Positions 12,904 to 25,074 are shown, counted from the stretch's first letter. The stretch is 64,000 nt of DNA from Eledone cirrhosa (GCA_964016885.1 OZ024740.1:240622001-240686000), one strand, 5' to 3'. Numbers and translations: made by a program. The notes: generated by a model not told the origin, from the letters alone.

Positions 12904-13323
12904 TGTAATAAGAGTTGCCTCCCTTGTTGTGATGATCACATCACCAGTAGCGCTCTCTAGACAGGAAGTAGCTGGGGTTACTTCCCGTTAAGGTTGCAGA
13001 GCCTTCTTTGTCAATTCCGTCCAGGGACCCTATAAAGGAGAGAGCTGAAAGCTGTCTCCCTCTCTTTTAACCTGCCTGGCCCTTCGGCCAGGCGCGTCTT
13101 CCGCCGAGGGTATACTCTCTGGCAACCTGAACATGGTAATGTAAAGACCTCTTGGTCTAATACGCGATGACTTCAAAACGGTAACAAATAACTTTAATTC
13201 ATTCTTTCATCTCTCTTGGCATGTCAACTATTCTGCTCTACATAGCTCAACCTTGTTAAATAAATATTGTACATACAACCCAGTGTCTTGTTATATTCAT
13301 ACAACCCAGTCTCACCTGTTATA
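12904..13323 (+). mobile_element. Putative solo LTR
   Basis: Begins TGTAATA, ends TGTTATA, flanked by AAAC on both sides; internal TATAAA (about 13031) and AATAAA (about 13259). Confidence 0.5.
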
Positions 13324-13449
13324 AAACTATCCATAATAAGAAGTATTCACAACCTGGAATTAGGATTACCTATAATGATATTTTGTTATCCTTTATATAT
13401 ATATATATGTGTATATATATATGTATATATATATATATATATGTATATA

Positions 13450-16400
13450 TTTACAGCCTGGGCCCGCTCGTCATCGTGCCATTGTAATAGAGCCAAACAA
13501 GGCATTTAGTCTTGGTTGCTGGAACGTACGGACGCTGCTTGACAGGGATTCCTTGGAGCGTCCTGAACGAAGGACTGCTCTTGTTGCAAAGGAGCTTCGA
13601 CGTTACGATCTTGACATCGTGGCTTTATCTGAGACGAGGTTAGCTGGAGATGGTCATCTTACAGAATTTTGTGGAGAATATACATTCTTCTGGAAAGGAA
13701 GAGATGAAGGAACCAGAAGAGAGGCTGGGGTAGGATTTGCTGTTAAGACTGTTCTTGTGAATAAATTAGAAGAATTCCCAGTAGGGATTAGTGAGCGTCT
13801 CATGTCCATGAGAATTCCACTGGACAAAGGAAGATATGCGACCCTGGTGAGTGTGTATGCTCCAACTATGAATTCTGTCGATGAAGAAAAAGTGTCCTTT
13901 TACCATGCCTTGAAAGGTGTTTTAAGAAATATCCCTCAGGCAGACAAAGTCATCGTGCTTGGTGACTTTAATGCTAGAGTGGGTAGGGATTTTAACACAT
14001 GGAATGTAATCGGAAGGCATGGGGTGGGAAGGTGTAACAACAATGGTATGCTCCTGCTGCAGATGTGTGAGGAGCTGGACGGACCATCGCCTGGTACGCG
14101 CAAAAGTGAAACTAATCACTAAACGTAAAATCCGGGCTCCTGGTGTTGCCCTGCTGCTCGTCTTAAGGATAAAAATGTGAAGTGGACATTGGAAGAAGAG
14201 ATGCAGGCTGCAGATCTTGGTGAGGATTGGCCGACCCTTAAAAAGTCGGTTTATGATGTAGGCAGGCGTGTTCTGGGATTGGTGGAGAGAAAACATCAGG
14301 ACTGGTTTAATGAGAATGATGTACATATAGAAGACTTGTTGGCTGATAACAGGCGTGCTCTGTCACGCTACTTGACGGCAAAACCACAGGAGAGGAATAC
14401 ATTGCATGAGGAACTCAAGGATGTAAAATCACGTGTTAGGCGGAGTCTTTCTCAGATGAAGGATCAGTGGTGGAGTGAGAAGGCTGGTGAGATACAAACT
14501 GCGTCAGATTCCAATAACACAAAGCTGTTGTACAGTCTCTTGCATGAGGTTCATGGACCGTCTTCTCTGGTGACACCGCTTCGCAGCAAGGATGGCAAAG
14601 AACTTCTTCGGGACTCACAAGGAATTCTACGAAGGTGGTGAGAGCACTTTGATGATCTTTTGAATCAGCCGTCTGTCGTCGGTGAAGATTTCCTCAATCT
14701 CATTCCAGAAAGTCCTGTGAGAGTAGCTCTCGCAGAACCTCCGACGCTTGTGGAGGTTGCAGTGGCTATCTCGAAGCTGAACAGTGGAAGGTCTCCAGGT
14801 ATGGATGGCATACATGCTGAGCTTCTACAATATGGTGGTGAGAGACTCCTGCAACATCTTCACTCTTTGTTTGGCAGGATATGGGCTAATGAATCCGTAC
14901 CTGAGGACTGGAGAGATGCAGTAACTGTGGTATTGTACAAGGGAAAAGGTAACAGAATGATTGTGGGAACTACAGAGGTATATCATTGCTTTCTGTTGTA
15001 GGGAAAGTTTTATGTAGGGTGCTTCTGGACCGTCTGCTGACACACATTGCAGATTGTGTTCTTCCTGAAAGTCAATCTGGTTTTCGTGCTGGATGCGGCA
15101 CTACTGATATGAGCTTCTCAGATAGACAGCTCCAGGAGAAGTGCATGGAACAAGGTTTGGATCTGTATCAGGTTTTTGTCGATCTGACAAAAGCTTTCGA
15201 TACTGTTAACAGAAATGCATTATGGAAGGTTCTCAAGAAGCTTGGTTGCCCTGATAAGTTCCTTGCTTTAGTTAGGTCTTTCCATGATGACATGAAGGCT
15301 TGGGTTAATGTCGGAGGTAACATGTCAGAGCCTATCTCAGTAAAAAATGGAGTGAAACAGGGGGATATTCCAGCACCGACGCTGTTTGCCATATACTTTG
15401 CAATGGTTTTCTGTATTGCATTCAGGAATTGCGAGCATGGTGTTTACATCTGATATTGAACCTCAGGCAACAATTTAACATCAGGCGCTTTGCTGCAAAG
15501 ACAAAATTATTTACATCAATCATAAGAGACCTCTTGTGTGCAGATGATTGCGATCTTGTAGCACACAGAGAGTGATATGCAGCACATTTTGAATGCATTT
15601 TCTGATGCTTGCACTGCCCTAGGATTGACTGTCAGTCTCAAGAAAACCATCGTCATGTACCAACCTGCCCCTGGTAAGCAGTACAGTGAACCAAATATCT
15701 ATGTGTATGGTAAAGGACTTTGAGTGGTTGATCAGTTTGTCTACCTGGGAAGCACTGTCAATCGATACAGCAACCTTGATAGTGAAATCTCACTTAGGAT
15801 TAGGAAAGCAAGTGATGCTTTCAGAAAGCTAGAAAGGCGACTCTGGGGTCAGCGAGACATATGCAAGAAGACAAAGGTAAAGGTGTACAAGGCATGTGTG
15901 CTCTCTTCTCTTCTTTATGCCTGCGAGATCTGGGTCACATATCGACACCACCTTAAGCAATTGGAGCGTCTCATCAGATGTGTCTCAGACGGATCAATGG
16001 CGTTCACTGGAGGGACCACATCAGTGATGTCGAGATTTTGGAAAGCTCTATGTGTGACAGTATAGAAGCTCTTGTGCTTAAGCAACGACTCCGTTGGAGT
16101 GGTCACCTTGCCTGGATGAAGGATTCTAGAATACCAAAACAACTCTTTTATGGAGAGTTAGTTAAAGGAAAACGACTGCCACATAAACCAAAAAAGGGGT
16201 ATAAGGATTCCTTGAAAGCCTCTTTGAAAGACGCTAACATCTCTGCTGATACATGGGAAAATATTGTTGCTGATCTTAATAAATAGAGAAAGACTGTATA
16301 TGAGGGAAAAGTTGCCTTTGAGGCATCTCGAATCGCATACGAGAAAGTAAAGCGGGATGTGAGGAAGAGCATTGCTGTTACACTTCCAGATGGCGAGGGT

Positions 16401-16722
16401 CCTCCTATGGTGCTGACATGCAGCGTCTGTGCGAGACTCTGCCTAAGCAAAGCTGGACTCGAAAGTCATTTTCACAGTCATAAAGTAAGACCAGTGGTTG
16501 ACTACCAGGCTGCTGTTGGAGATGCTACTCATCATGCTTGCCAAGCATGTGGTAGAGAATGTAAATCAGCAGGAGGGCTCAAACGACATGCAAAAGTACA
16601 CGAACTTCAACCACAGCCGGCTATTCCCAGTGAATGTTTTGGTTGCTGATTCTGTGCAACACATTTTAGATCATTGGCTGGGCTAAAAAGCCACATTCGA
16701 TCGCAGCACTGTTAGTTGCTAT
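13450..16722 (+). mobile_element. Near full-length degenerate RTE LINE (APE, RT, three C-terminal C2H2 fingers)
   Basis: GCWNVRTLLD, ALSETRL, VYAPT, GDFNARVG (APE); FVDLTKAFDTVNR, GVKQG, ADD, FVYLGS (RT); stops and frameshifts; flanked by (TA)n/(TG)n. Confidence 0.92.
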
Positions 16723-16901
16723 CGTGTGTGTGTGTGTGTGTGTATAGATATGTTTGTGTGTGCGTGTGTGTGTATATATATATATGTATATGTATATTAT
16801 TATTGTTGTTGTTGTCGTTATTATTATTGTTATTATTATTATTATTATTGTTATTAATGTATATGTGTGTATATATATATATGTGTATATATATATATAT
16901 A

Positions 16902-18945
16902 CGAAAGGCTACTAAATGAGGAGAATAAATGGGAGAAAGACAGTCTCCCCCACATTGATCCAATAGAGGGACCAGCAGTGCTAGATGAAGGTAGTATAAT
17001 AAGTAAGGCAATCAAAGATATGATGACGGGTAAGGTGGCTGGGCCTTCGGAAATAGTTGCTGAAATGCTGAAAGCATCTGGATCGGTGGGACACACCTTG
17101 GTCACCCGGATAGTAAACCAGATCATACAGAATGGGGCCATTCCAAAGGACTGGCGTAGCAGCAGGAGAAGTACCTAGCTAAAAGTAAACCCCTATACTT
17201 AGCTTTTGTTGACTTGGAGAAAGCCTTTGACAGAGTCCCCCGCTCCATTATCTGGTGGGCTCTTAGAAAACTAGGTGTTGATGAATGGCTTGTGAGAGCT
17301 ATACAAGCCATGTATAAAGAAACAGTCAGTAAGGTTAGAATTAACAACGAATATAGTGAAGAGTTTAGCGTAAAAGTTGGTGTTCATCAGGGCTCCGTTC
17401 TTAGCCCCCTACTATTTATTATTGCCCTTCAGGCTATAACAGAGGAGTTCAAGACCGGCTACCCATGGGAACTCCTATATGCAGATGATCTAACGCTCAT
17501 AGCTGAATCAATGGCTGAACTAGAGAAGAAATTCCAAACATGGAAGCATGGCCTAGAATCAAAAGGCCTTAAAGTTAACTTGTCTAAGACTAAAGTTCTA
17601 GTTTGTAGGAAGGAAAATAGGGCACCGGTCCCATCTGGAAAATGGCCATGCTCAGTGTGTAGGAAAGGAGTTGGCAGAAACTCCATTTTATGTCCCAAAT
17701 GCAAAGTATGGGTGCATAAAAGATGTAATGGGATCACAGGTAAGCTAACTAAGAATATAGATTTTATATGTGGCTGGTGCTCTGGTGCAATAAGTAGCAG
17801 CAAGTGCCCACAGAATACTAGCTCATTCCATTACACAGATGGTTCTATAGAAATAGTGGACACCATCCATTACCTGGGTGACAAAATCAGCAGTGGGGGA
17901 GGGTGCTCTGAAAGTACAGTAGCTAGAGTCAGAACGGGATGGAAAAAGTTCAGAGAGCTTATACCACTATTGGCCGCTAAAGGGTTCTCTCTAAAAATGA
18001 AAGGCAGGCTGTATGATGCCTGCATACGAACAGCAATGTTACATGGCAGTGAGACCTGGGCATTGTGTGCAGAGGATATACGCAGACTGGAGAGGAACGA
18101 AGCTTGCATGTTCCGCTGGATGTGTAATAGTAATATACATGAACAGCAAAGCATAAACGAACTGAGGGAGAAATTAGGAATAAGAGGGATCAGATGTTGT
18201 TTACTCGAGAGAAGACTACGTTGGTACGGTCACATGATGCACATGAAAGACGACAGCTGTATAAAAAAAGTGCAGGACGATAAAAATAGACGGTAGCCAC
18301 GGAGTAGGCAGACCCAGAAAAACCTGGGACGACTTGATAAATTCCGACCTCACACACTTACACCTCTCCAAGACAATGTCACTGGATCGAGATCTTTGGC
18401 GCTACACAGTAATACAGAAGACCAGCCTTGCCTAAGTACAAAGCGAAACCTACAGTCAGGCACCTCTAACAAAAATACACCCTTGTCCCACTACCCCCAC
18501 CCCATCCACACCACCCCCTTAAATGTGAAGTTATGTTGGTACCACAACATCCAGTCCGAAACAAATGAGGTCGTGTAGGTGTCACGACAAAAAACACACA
18601 GTCCACGCTGTAATGTGGCCGTGTAGGTAACACGGTAAAAACCTCCCATTCCACACTGTAAACGTGGTTGGTGTTAGGAAGGGCACCCAGCCGTAGAAAA
18701 CCCGCCAGACGTGTAGGTGTCACGACAAAAAGACACACAGTCCATGCTGTAATGTGGCCGTGTAGGTAACACGGTAAAAACCTCCCAGTCCACACTGTAA
18801 ACGTGGTTGGTGTTAGGAAGGGCATCCATCCGTAGAAAACTCGCTAGACAGTCCTATACGAGCAGGACAACCAATCTTGCCTCAAGTGGGAAAACTCCCG
18901 TCCAAACCCATGCAAGCGTGGAAGATGGACGTTAAACGATGATGA
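16902..18945 (+). mobile_element. RTE-clade LINE family A, 5'-truncated, RT with inserted PHD-type finger; 3'UTR with about 138-bp tandem duplication
   Basis: ORF 17214-18296 has EKAFDRVPR, GVHQGSVLSP, LLYADD and a C4HC3 insert; ends in a (GAT)n tail. Confidence 0.9.
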
Positions 18946-20832
18946 TATGTATGTGTGTATATATATATATATTTAGCAGCATAGAGTATAAATGTTATTG
19001 AGACACGAGTAACATAATAATGATGTCAACAGCAGAAATTAGAGATGAAATGTATGTTTATTTTTGTTGTAGCACAAATAATGTTTGTTAACTTGTATGG
19101 TTGAAGTTACAAAAGCGAATGTGCCATTGTACCAGGCCCAAGGAAAGCCGGCAGGCCAAAGTGCAAAATCTCACCATCACATGTTGTACGTGTTGCTGGT
19201 TCGAAGTTCAGGGTGCGAGAGAGAGATTCTTCAAATCTTTGTGGGGAATTTCTCCCTCAGGGCGCGTAGGGATACATCCTCTTCTACTGGCGCTGATTGG
19301 CTGAGCTGAGCCAAATCACGCACAGAGAATGTATGTGAGCCCGCGGAATGTAGGTCACTACAATACTCCCCCTCTAGACGTAAGACGATACAGATTATTG
19401 AATCAGCAGGAAAAAATGCTGAAAGAGCACATCAGTGAAAAAATAATTGAGCAGAAGGATGCATGCAAGAAAAAAAATGAGGCGCTAAAGGCCGTGTTGA
19501 GCCGCTGTGTCAAATGACTAGCTGTCTTGTAGTTTATACCTGACCACCAAAGGTCTAACAGAAAATGGATAAAGTCTGACATGGGCGAAGTTGCTGTTCT
19601 TGCATTAAATGTTAATGGTAAGTGTTGTACCAGTAGCTGTGGATGAAGCTATTATGGTAGTTTACCAGTGCTGGCAAGAAGATGATGGGTAGGCGAGAAA
19701 ATGTCGGCCTCCCAGATGTATCGCCGAAAGTGCTAGGGAGCCAGGAAAAAATGGCAGGTTGCTTTGAAAAGAAAAAAAGCAAGTTGAATCTGTAGGTGGG
19801 TAGTAGTTGCAGTGTAAATTCCATAATTCCGGCGAATCCACAGAAGTGGTGGAAATGCTGACAAGTCCAGTTCTATTTGTTGTTTTCCCAGTGAGTTGGG
19901 TTAAGTAACAAGATGGAGGTTGTTATGGACGATAAGTGTGCAACGAGATGCGAAACTGTTTGAGTTCAGCTGCAATTAGCATTCGCGTGTTGTGGTGCCT
20001 GTTTGAATCCAGGTGAATTAAGCTCTATGAGTCACTAGCATGTGACGGCACCTCAACCAGGTGAAAAGGGATCTCGCAGAATATTACGTTTGAAGAACAT
20101 ATACTAAGAACAACAACATGTTGGTGGGTGACAAAGAAATGTGTGCATATGCAGGCATGTAATATAGCAAAGAAAATGTGTGGGTGCAGTCATATATACA
20201 ATGATAAAGAAAATGATGCAGTCATATATACAATGATAGAAAAAAATGAATTTCCATATAATACAGTTTAAAAAAAATAAATGTCCAAAATAAATGCCTG
20301 AAAAAAAAAAAGGAAGAAAGAAAGAATTGTTTCTTTTCTTTTAACAAAAAGTTCGCTTTTCTTTTCTTTGAAATTTCTTTGGGATCGCACTTACTAGGGA
20401 GCTAGTAGAGTTGTTGTTGTTGTTAAAGCAAAGTCACAATGAATCTTCTGTAGAATCGAAGTCGAGCGTTGAAGAGCCTAGAGTCACCAATATGGCAGTC
20501 ACGTCTGACGCCATAGTGGTGAGAAGACTGATGACTTAATTTCTCGAGTCCCTGTGGTAACGAGACAGAAGGTATGGTGGTTGCGTCGGTAAAGTTACAA
20601 GCTGCCACATCGCCATTCCCTGGTGTTGGTTAGTAGATAACCATGTGTTGTCGCTGCTGCTGATGTATTTGGTAGTGGTGATAGCCATGTGTTGCTGCTG
20701 ATGGCTTGTAGTAGAGAAGTACTTGGTGGTAACCATTTTGAAATTTCCTCGTGGTGTAAATTTCTTTTTGAAATACTGCTAATTTTTTTTTTTTTTTAAA
20801 TTCAAAAGGAATATTTTTAAATGAAAATATTC

Positions 20833-20850
20833 ATCACGTCGGGGTCACCA
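20833..20850 (-). other. Primer-binding site complementary to the tRNA-Trp 3' end
   Basis: 18-nt TGGTGACCCCGACGTGAT two bases from the LTR; matches the established tRNA-Trp PBS sequence. Confidence 0.88.
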
Positions 20851-20960
20851 CTTTTAGCAGCATAGAGTATAAATGTTATTGAGACACGAGTAACATAATA
20901 ATGATGTCAACAGCAGAAATTAGAGATGAAATGTATGTTTATTTTTTGTTGTAGCACAAA

Positions 20961-21149
20961 TAATTGTTTCTACTTTAGGCACAAGGCCAGCAATTACCCA
21001 GTGCGTTACTGGTACTTTATTTCATCGACCCCGTAAGGATGAAAGGCAAAGTCAACCTCGGCGGGATTTGAACTCAGATCGTAAAGGGACGTATCTATGC
21101 TGGAAAGCATAACGTCCGACCCTCTACCGATACTGCCAATCCGCCGCCC
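20961..21149 (-). mobile_element. tRNA-derived SINE (Meta-domain-like) inserted in an LTR
   Basis: A box TGGCAGTATCGG, B box GAGTTCAAATCC, gcctttcatcc...ggggtcgat...gtaccag block; TSD ttgtagcacaaataat; absent from the sister LTR. Confidence 0.85.
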
Positions 21150-21546
21150 TTGTAGCACAAATAATGTTGTAGCACAAATAATGTTTGTTAACTTGTATGG
21201 TAGAAGTTACGCATAAAATGAGGTTACAAAAGAGAATGTGCCATTGTGCCAGGCCCAAGGAAAGCCGGCAGGCCAAAGTGCAAAATCTCACTGTCACATG
21301 TACGTGTTGCTGGTTCAAAGTTCAGGGTGCGAGAGAGAGATTCTTCAAATCTTCATGGGGAATTTCTCCCTCAGGGCGTGTAGGGATACATCCTCTTCTA
21401 CTGGCGCTGATTGGCTGAGCTGAGCCAAATCACGCACAGAGAATGTATGTGAGCCCGCGGAATGTAGGTCACTATATATATATATATATATATATATTTC
21501 TTTTTTTTTTTCTCGTGCAATGGCCATACTCGATAACGAGGGGGCA

Positions 21547-21585
<39 letters not shown>

Positions 21586-21609
21586 AAAAGGTTCAGGTCC
21601 CTGACGGCA

Positions 21610-21850
21610 TCGTCATCATCATCATCATTTTATGTCCGCACACTACAGCCTATCCTTATACACAGTTTCTCTCTTAACTCATCTATGCTTGGTCACGTTC
21701 ACGTACATTGACATTGCACATCCAACGGAGCATGTTTGCTTCATTTCTCTCCAGCCGTTGCATATCCTCTGCAGTTGCTGCCTATGTCTCAATACCATGC
21801 AGCATCGCCGCATCTCACACAGGCATCATATAACCAGCCTTTCGTATGTC
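21610..21850 (-). mobile_element. Short fragment of RTE family B
   Basis: Matches 10520-10735. Confidence 0.75.
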
Positions 21851-21876
21851 AACATATTATATATATATATATATTA

Positions 21877-22060
21877 TAATTGTTTCTACTTTAGGCACAA
21901 GGCCAGCAAATTACCCAGTGCATTACTGGTACTTTATTTTATCGACCCCGTAAGTATGAAAGGCAAAGTCAACCTCGCCGGGATTTGAACTCAGATCGTA
22001 AAGGGACGTAACTATGCTGGAAAGCATGGTGTCCAACCCCCTACCGATACTGCCAATCCA
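21877..22060 (-). mobile_element. tRNA-derived SINE (same family as 20961)
   Basis: Near-identical sequence with A and B boxes. Confidence 0.85.
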
Positions 22061-22760
22061 CAATACCATAAAGAGAGACAAACAAAGATATATACATATA
22101 TGCGTTCAAATCTCAAGGGATAAAAAACCGCTAGGGTGAAGAAAATACTGACTAAAGATAATACGGTTCACAAGACTCAATTAAAAATATAAATTAAGAT
22201 TTACAAACCGATATGATAACTATCAACATCCAGACAGCTTAGGGTAGAATTGTTTCACAATTCAGTGGAGAGAGTGAAAGATCCTATGCTCTTCCTTGGG
22301 TGTTCGGATCAGTAATCACTCCACTACTAATTTCCTTGGAAGACTGAATAATTGTTTCTACTTTTTGACACAAGGCCAGCAATTATCCCAGTGTATTGCT
22401 GGTACTTTATTTTATCGACCCCATAAGGATGTAAGGCAAAGTTAACCTCGGCGGGATTTGAACTCAGACCATAAAGGGCCGTAACTCTTTGCTGCAAAGC
22501 ATGGCACTCGACCCTCTACCGATACTGCCAATCCACCGCCTTAGAAGACTAAATAATGCACATTTGTTAAGAGAGACAAATCGCACAAGGTATTGCTTCA
22601 CCCTGGCGGTTTTCTGTCCCTTGTGATTTGAATGTATATAAGTATATATCTGTGTTCATCTCTCTTTATGGTATTATTAAGCTCGGAAAATTTTTTCCTT
22701 GAGCTACTTTGGTATTAAGGGACTTATTTTAGTTTTTAACTCAATATATACTTTTGATAT
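22061..22760. mobile_element. Fold-back fragment with inverted arms 22061-22148 / 22589-22676, interrupted by a SINE
   Basis: caataccataaagagaga...ctagggtgaag versus cttcaccctgg...tctctttatggtatt. Confidence 0.55.
22349..22541 (-). mobile_element. tRNA-derived SINE
   Basis: Family match; TSD gaagact(g/a)aataat. Confidence 0.85.
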
Positions 22761-22763
22761 ATG

Positions 22764-22807
<44 letters not shown>

Positions 22808-22809
<2 letters not shown>

Positions 22810-22932
22810 GGAAAAATGTCAGGACCCCGACGGCTGAGCTTCGGCCGTTTCAACAGCTAGATCCAAACTGAGTTAGGATCTAGCTGTTAAAACAGCCGGA
22901 GCTCAGCCGTCGGGGTCCTGACTCTTTTCCTA
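22808..22932. repeat. About 57-bp-arm hairpin (fold-back), probable Penelope terminal remnant
   Basis: taggaaaa..gtcaggaccccgacggctgagct...agctcagccgtcggggtcctgac..ttttccta; a related start occurs at about 21582. Confidence 0.75.
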
Positions 22933-23009
22933 CTACCCACTCTACTACCCAAAGTATCGAGTACTCTGGTGCATTATGGTCCACCTGGTTCCTTACCACA
23001 CTTTCTTTG

Positions 23010-23064
<55 letters not shown>

Positions 23065-23066
<2 letters not shown>

Positions 23067-23388
23067 TCAAATAATGGTAGTTAAGGCCAGATTAATTATA
23101 ATTGTTTATTACATGATATATATTTCTGTTACATGGTTATTCATGTGACTTCGTCAATTACTTACACAATCATAGGTGCAGTTATGCAATCATTGTGATA
23201 TGCTAGTGGCCATGCATGTCTATGGATGGACGTATATGGCCACCGGCATATCACAATGATTGCATACCTGCACCTATGATTGCGTAAGCATTTGACGAAG
23301 TCACATGACTAACCATGTAACAGAAATATATATCATGCAATAAACAATTATGGTGATTTAATCCTGTCTTAACTACCATTATTTGATA
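23065..23388. repeat. About 155-bp-arm imperfect palindrome, probable Penelope terminal remnant
   Basis: Arms meet at about 23224; contains tgacgaagtcacatgact, a hammerhead-core-like remnant; flanked by (TA)n. Confidence 0.75.
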
Positions 23389-23560
23389 AATGAATACTCT
23401 GTTACTCATAACCGCCTACCTGGGATAAACTCCTGACGTAAAGTGCTATGCATTGCTAGGACCTGCTTATCCTCAAAAAGTTACAACGTAACAACTAAGT
23501 TAAACAACACTCTTCTGCAGCTATATATATATAGCTACTATATATATATGAATATCCACA

Positions 23561-23750
23561 TAATTGTTTCTACTTTAGGCACAAGGCCAGCAATTACCCA
23601 GTGCATTACTGGTACTTTATTTTATCGACCCCGTAAGGATGAAAGGCAAAGTCAACCTCGGCGGGATTTGAACTCAGATCGTAAAGGGACGTAACTATGC
23701 TGGAAAGCATGGCGTCCGACCCTCTACCGATACTGCCAATCCACCGCCCC
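23561..23750 (-). mobile_element. tRNA-derived SINE
   Basis: Family match; TSD tgaatatccacataat. Confidence 0.85.
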
Positions 23751-23890
23751 TTATGAATATCCACATAATACAATATAGTTAGCACCCCAAACGTATAATT
23801 GGGAATATACTTAGGTATTTCCTAATGTTTGTTGAGTGAGATGGAAGTTGGTCGGAGTATTGCTAATAGCTTTCTCTGTTAATGTATTAA

Positions 23891-23941
<51 letters not shown>

Positions 23942-24009
23942 TATTAAAATAACAGATTAAAGTTTAAGCAAAGAATCGCTGCTTTCACCCTTAACGGGAT
24001 CTTCTGAAA

Positions 24010-25074
24010 AAGTGCGGACCTCGTGCTTGCGACAGATTCAGAAAAGAACTCACAGCCTTCTTTAAAGGCTTCAACCTCTCTATACAGGTTGAGGCCAATC
24101 TCTCGGTCGTTAATTACCTCGACGTTACACTCAATTTATTGAATGGGTTGCATTACCCGTATAGAAAGCCGAATGATACGCTTAATTACATAAGTAAGCA
24201 TTCCAACCATCCTGCCAGCATAACCAAGAACCTGGTAAGAAACGTTTCGTTGAGGCTTTCCCGTCTTTCCACCAACGAGCACATTTTCAACGACCATTCC
24301 ACTTATTACAATGAAGCTCTTGCTCGAAGTGGATTTGTCGATAAGGTAGCATATACAGAGTACGAGAATAGACCTAGAAGAAATAGATCCCGTCGCATTT
24401 GTTGGTTTAACCCACCATATAATATGGAGGTGGCCACACCATTAGCTAAGATCTTTCTTTCCCTTATTACGAAGCATTTTCCCCCTACACATAAATATAG
24501 TAAAATTTTTAATAGAAACACTATTAAAATTTCTTACTCAACGACTCCTAACCTTGCACATAACATCACAGCTTCAAATTTAGCTAAAATACCTAGCCGT
24601 AGGAACACGTGCAACCCTGTAGTTAGTACTAACTGTAATTGTAGGAATCGGGCTGATTGTCCCCTATCCGGGAAATGCCTCTCTAGTAACATTGTCTACA
24701 AATGTAAGGTTGTAACACCCACGTCCCGTAGGGCCTACATAGGGTTAACCGCCAATAGTTTCAAGCAGCGTCTTTACATGCATACCCATTCTTTTCGCTA
24801 CCCTCTAAGAAGGAATATGACGTCACTTTCAGCTTATATCTGGAGTCTAAAAGACAACCACACCCAATATAAGTTACACTGGGAGATCCTAGCTAGGGCT
24901 AGATCGTATAACGGAAATAAAAGACCATGTGACCTCTGCGCCGCTGAGGCCCTGGAAATACTCTACGCCATAGACCACATCTTAAACAAAAAATCTGAGG
25001 CAATTTCGGCTTGTAAACATAAATTGCACAAAACTTTCCTGTATTACAGCCCTACGTTATACCCTAACGGATAG
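24010..25074 (+). CDS. Penelope-like RT C-terminus/thumb plus GIY-YIG endonuclease (5'-truncated, open frame)
   Basis: VNYLDVTL, WFNPPY, CNCRNRADCPLSGKC, IVYKC...YIGLT..FKQR...H; no stop between 24010 and 25074. Confidence 0.88.
   Translation, partial: KCGPRACDRFRKELTAFFKGFNLSIQVEANLSVVNYLDVTLNLLNGLHYPYRKPNDTLNYISKHSNHPASITKNLVRNVSLRLSRLSTNEHIFNDHSTYYNEALARSGFVDKVAYTEYENRPRRNRSRRICWFNPPYNMEVATPLAKIFLSLITKHFPPTHKYSKIFNRNTIKISYSTTPNLAHNITASNLAKIPSRRNTCNPVVSTNCNCRNRADCPLSGKCLSSNIVYKCKVVTPTSRRAYIGLTANSFKQRLYMHTHSFRYPLRRNMTSLSAYIWSLKDNHTQYKLHWEILARARSYNGNKRPCDLCAAEALEILYAIDHILNKKSEAISACKHKLHKTFLYYSPTLYPNG

Larger units (their letters stand above)
18972..21476 (-). mobile_element. Non-autonomous Gypsy-like LTR retrotransposon with tRNA-Trp PBS
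   Basis: Direct LTRs 18972-19362 and 20853-21476 (the latter interrupted by a SINE). PBS TGGTGACCCCGACGTGAT at 20833-20850; PPT AGAGGGGGAG at 19366-19375; about 1.5-kb interior without an intact ORF; sits in (TA)n. Confidence 0.88.

Noticed and set aside
16712-17011. Poly-Asn and YI/CV-repeat ORFs
   Set aside because: Translations of microsatellites; the same applies to most short ORFs in the track.
20833-20850. tRNA-Trp gene
   Set aside because: Only the 18-nt 3' end including CCA is present, next to an LTR, so it is a primer-binding site.
24610-24690. Selenocysteine recoding in the Penelope Cys linker
   Set aside because: All positions are TGT/TGC; there is no in-frame TGA.
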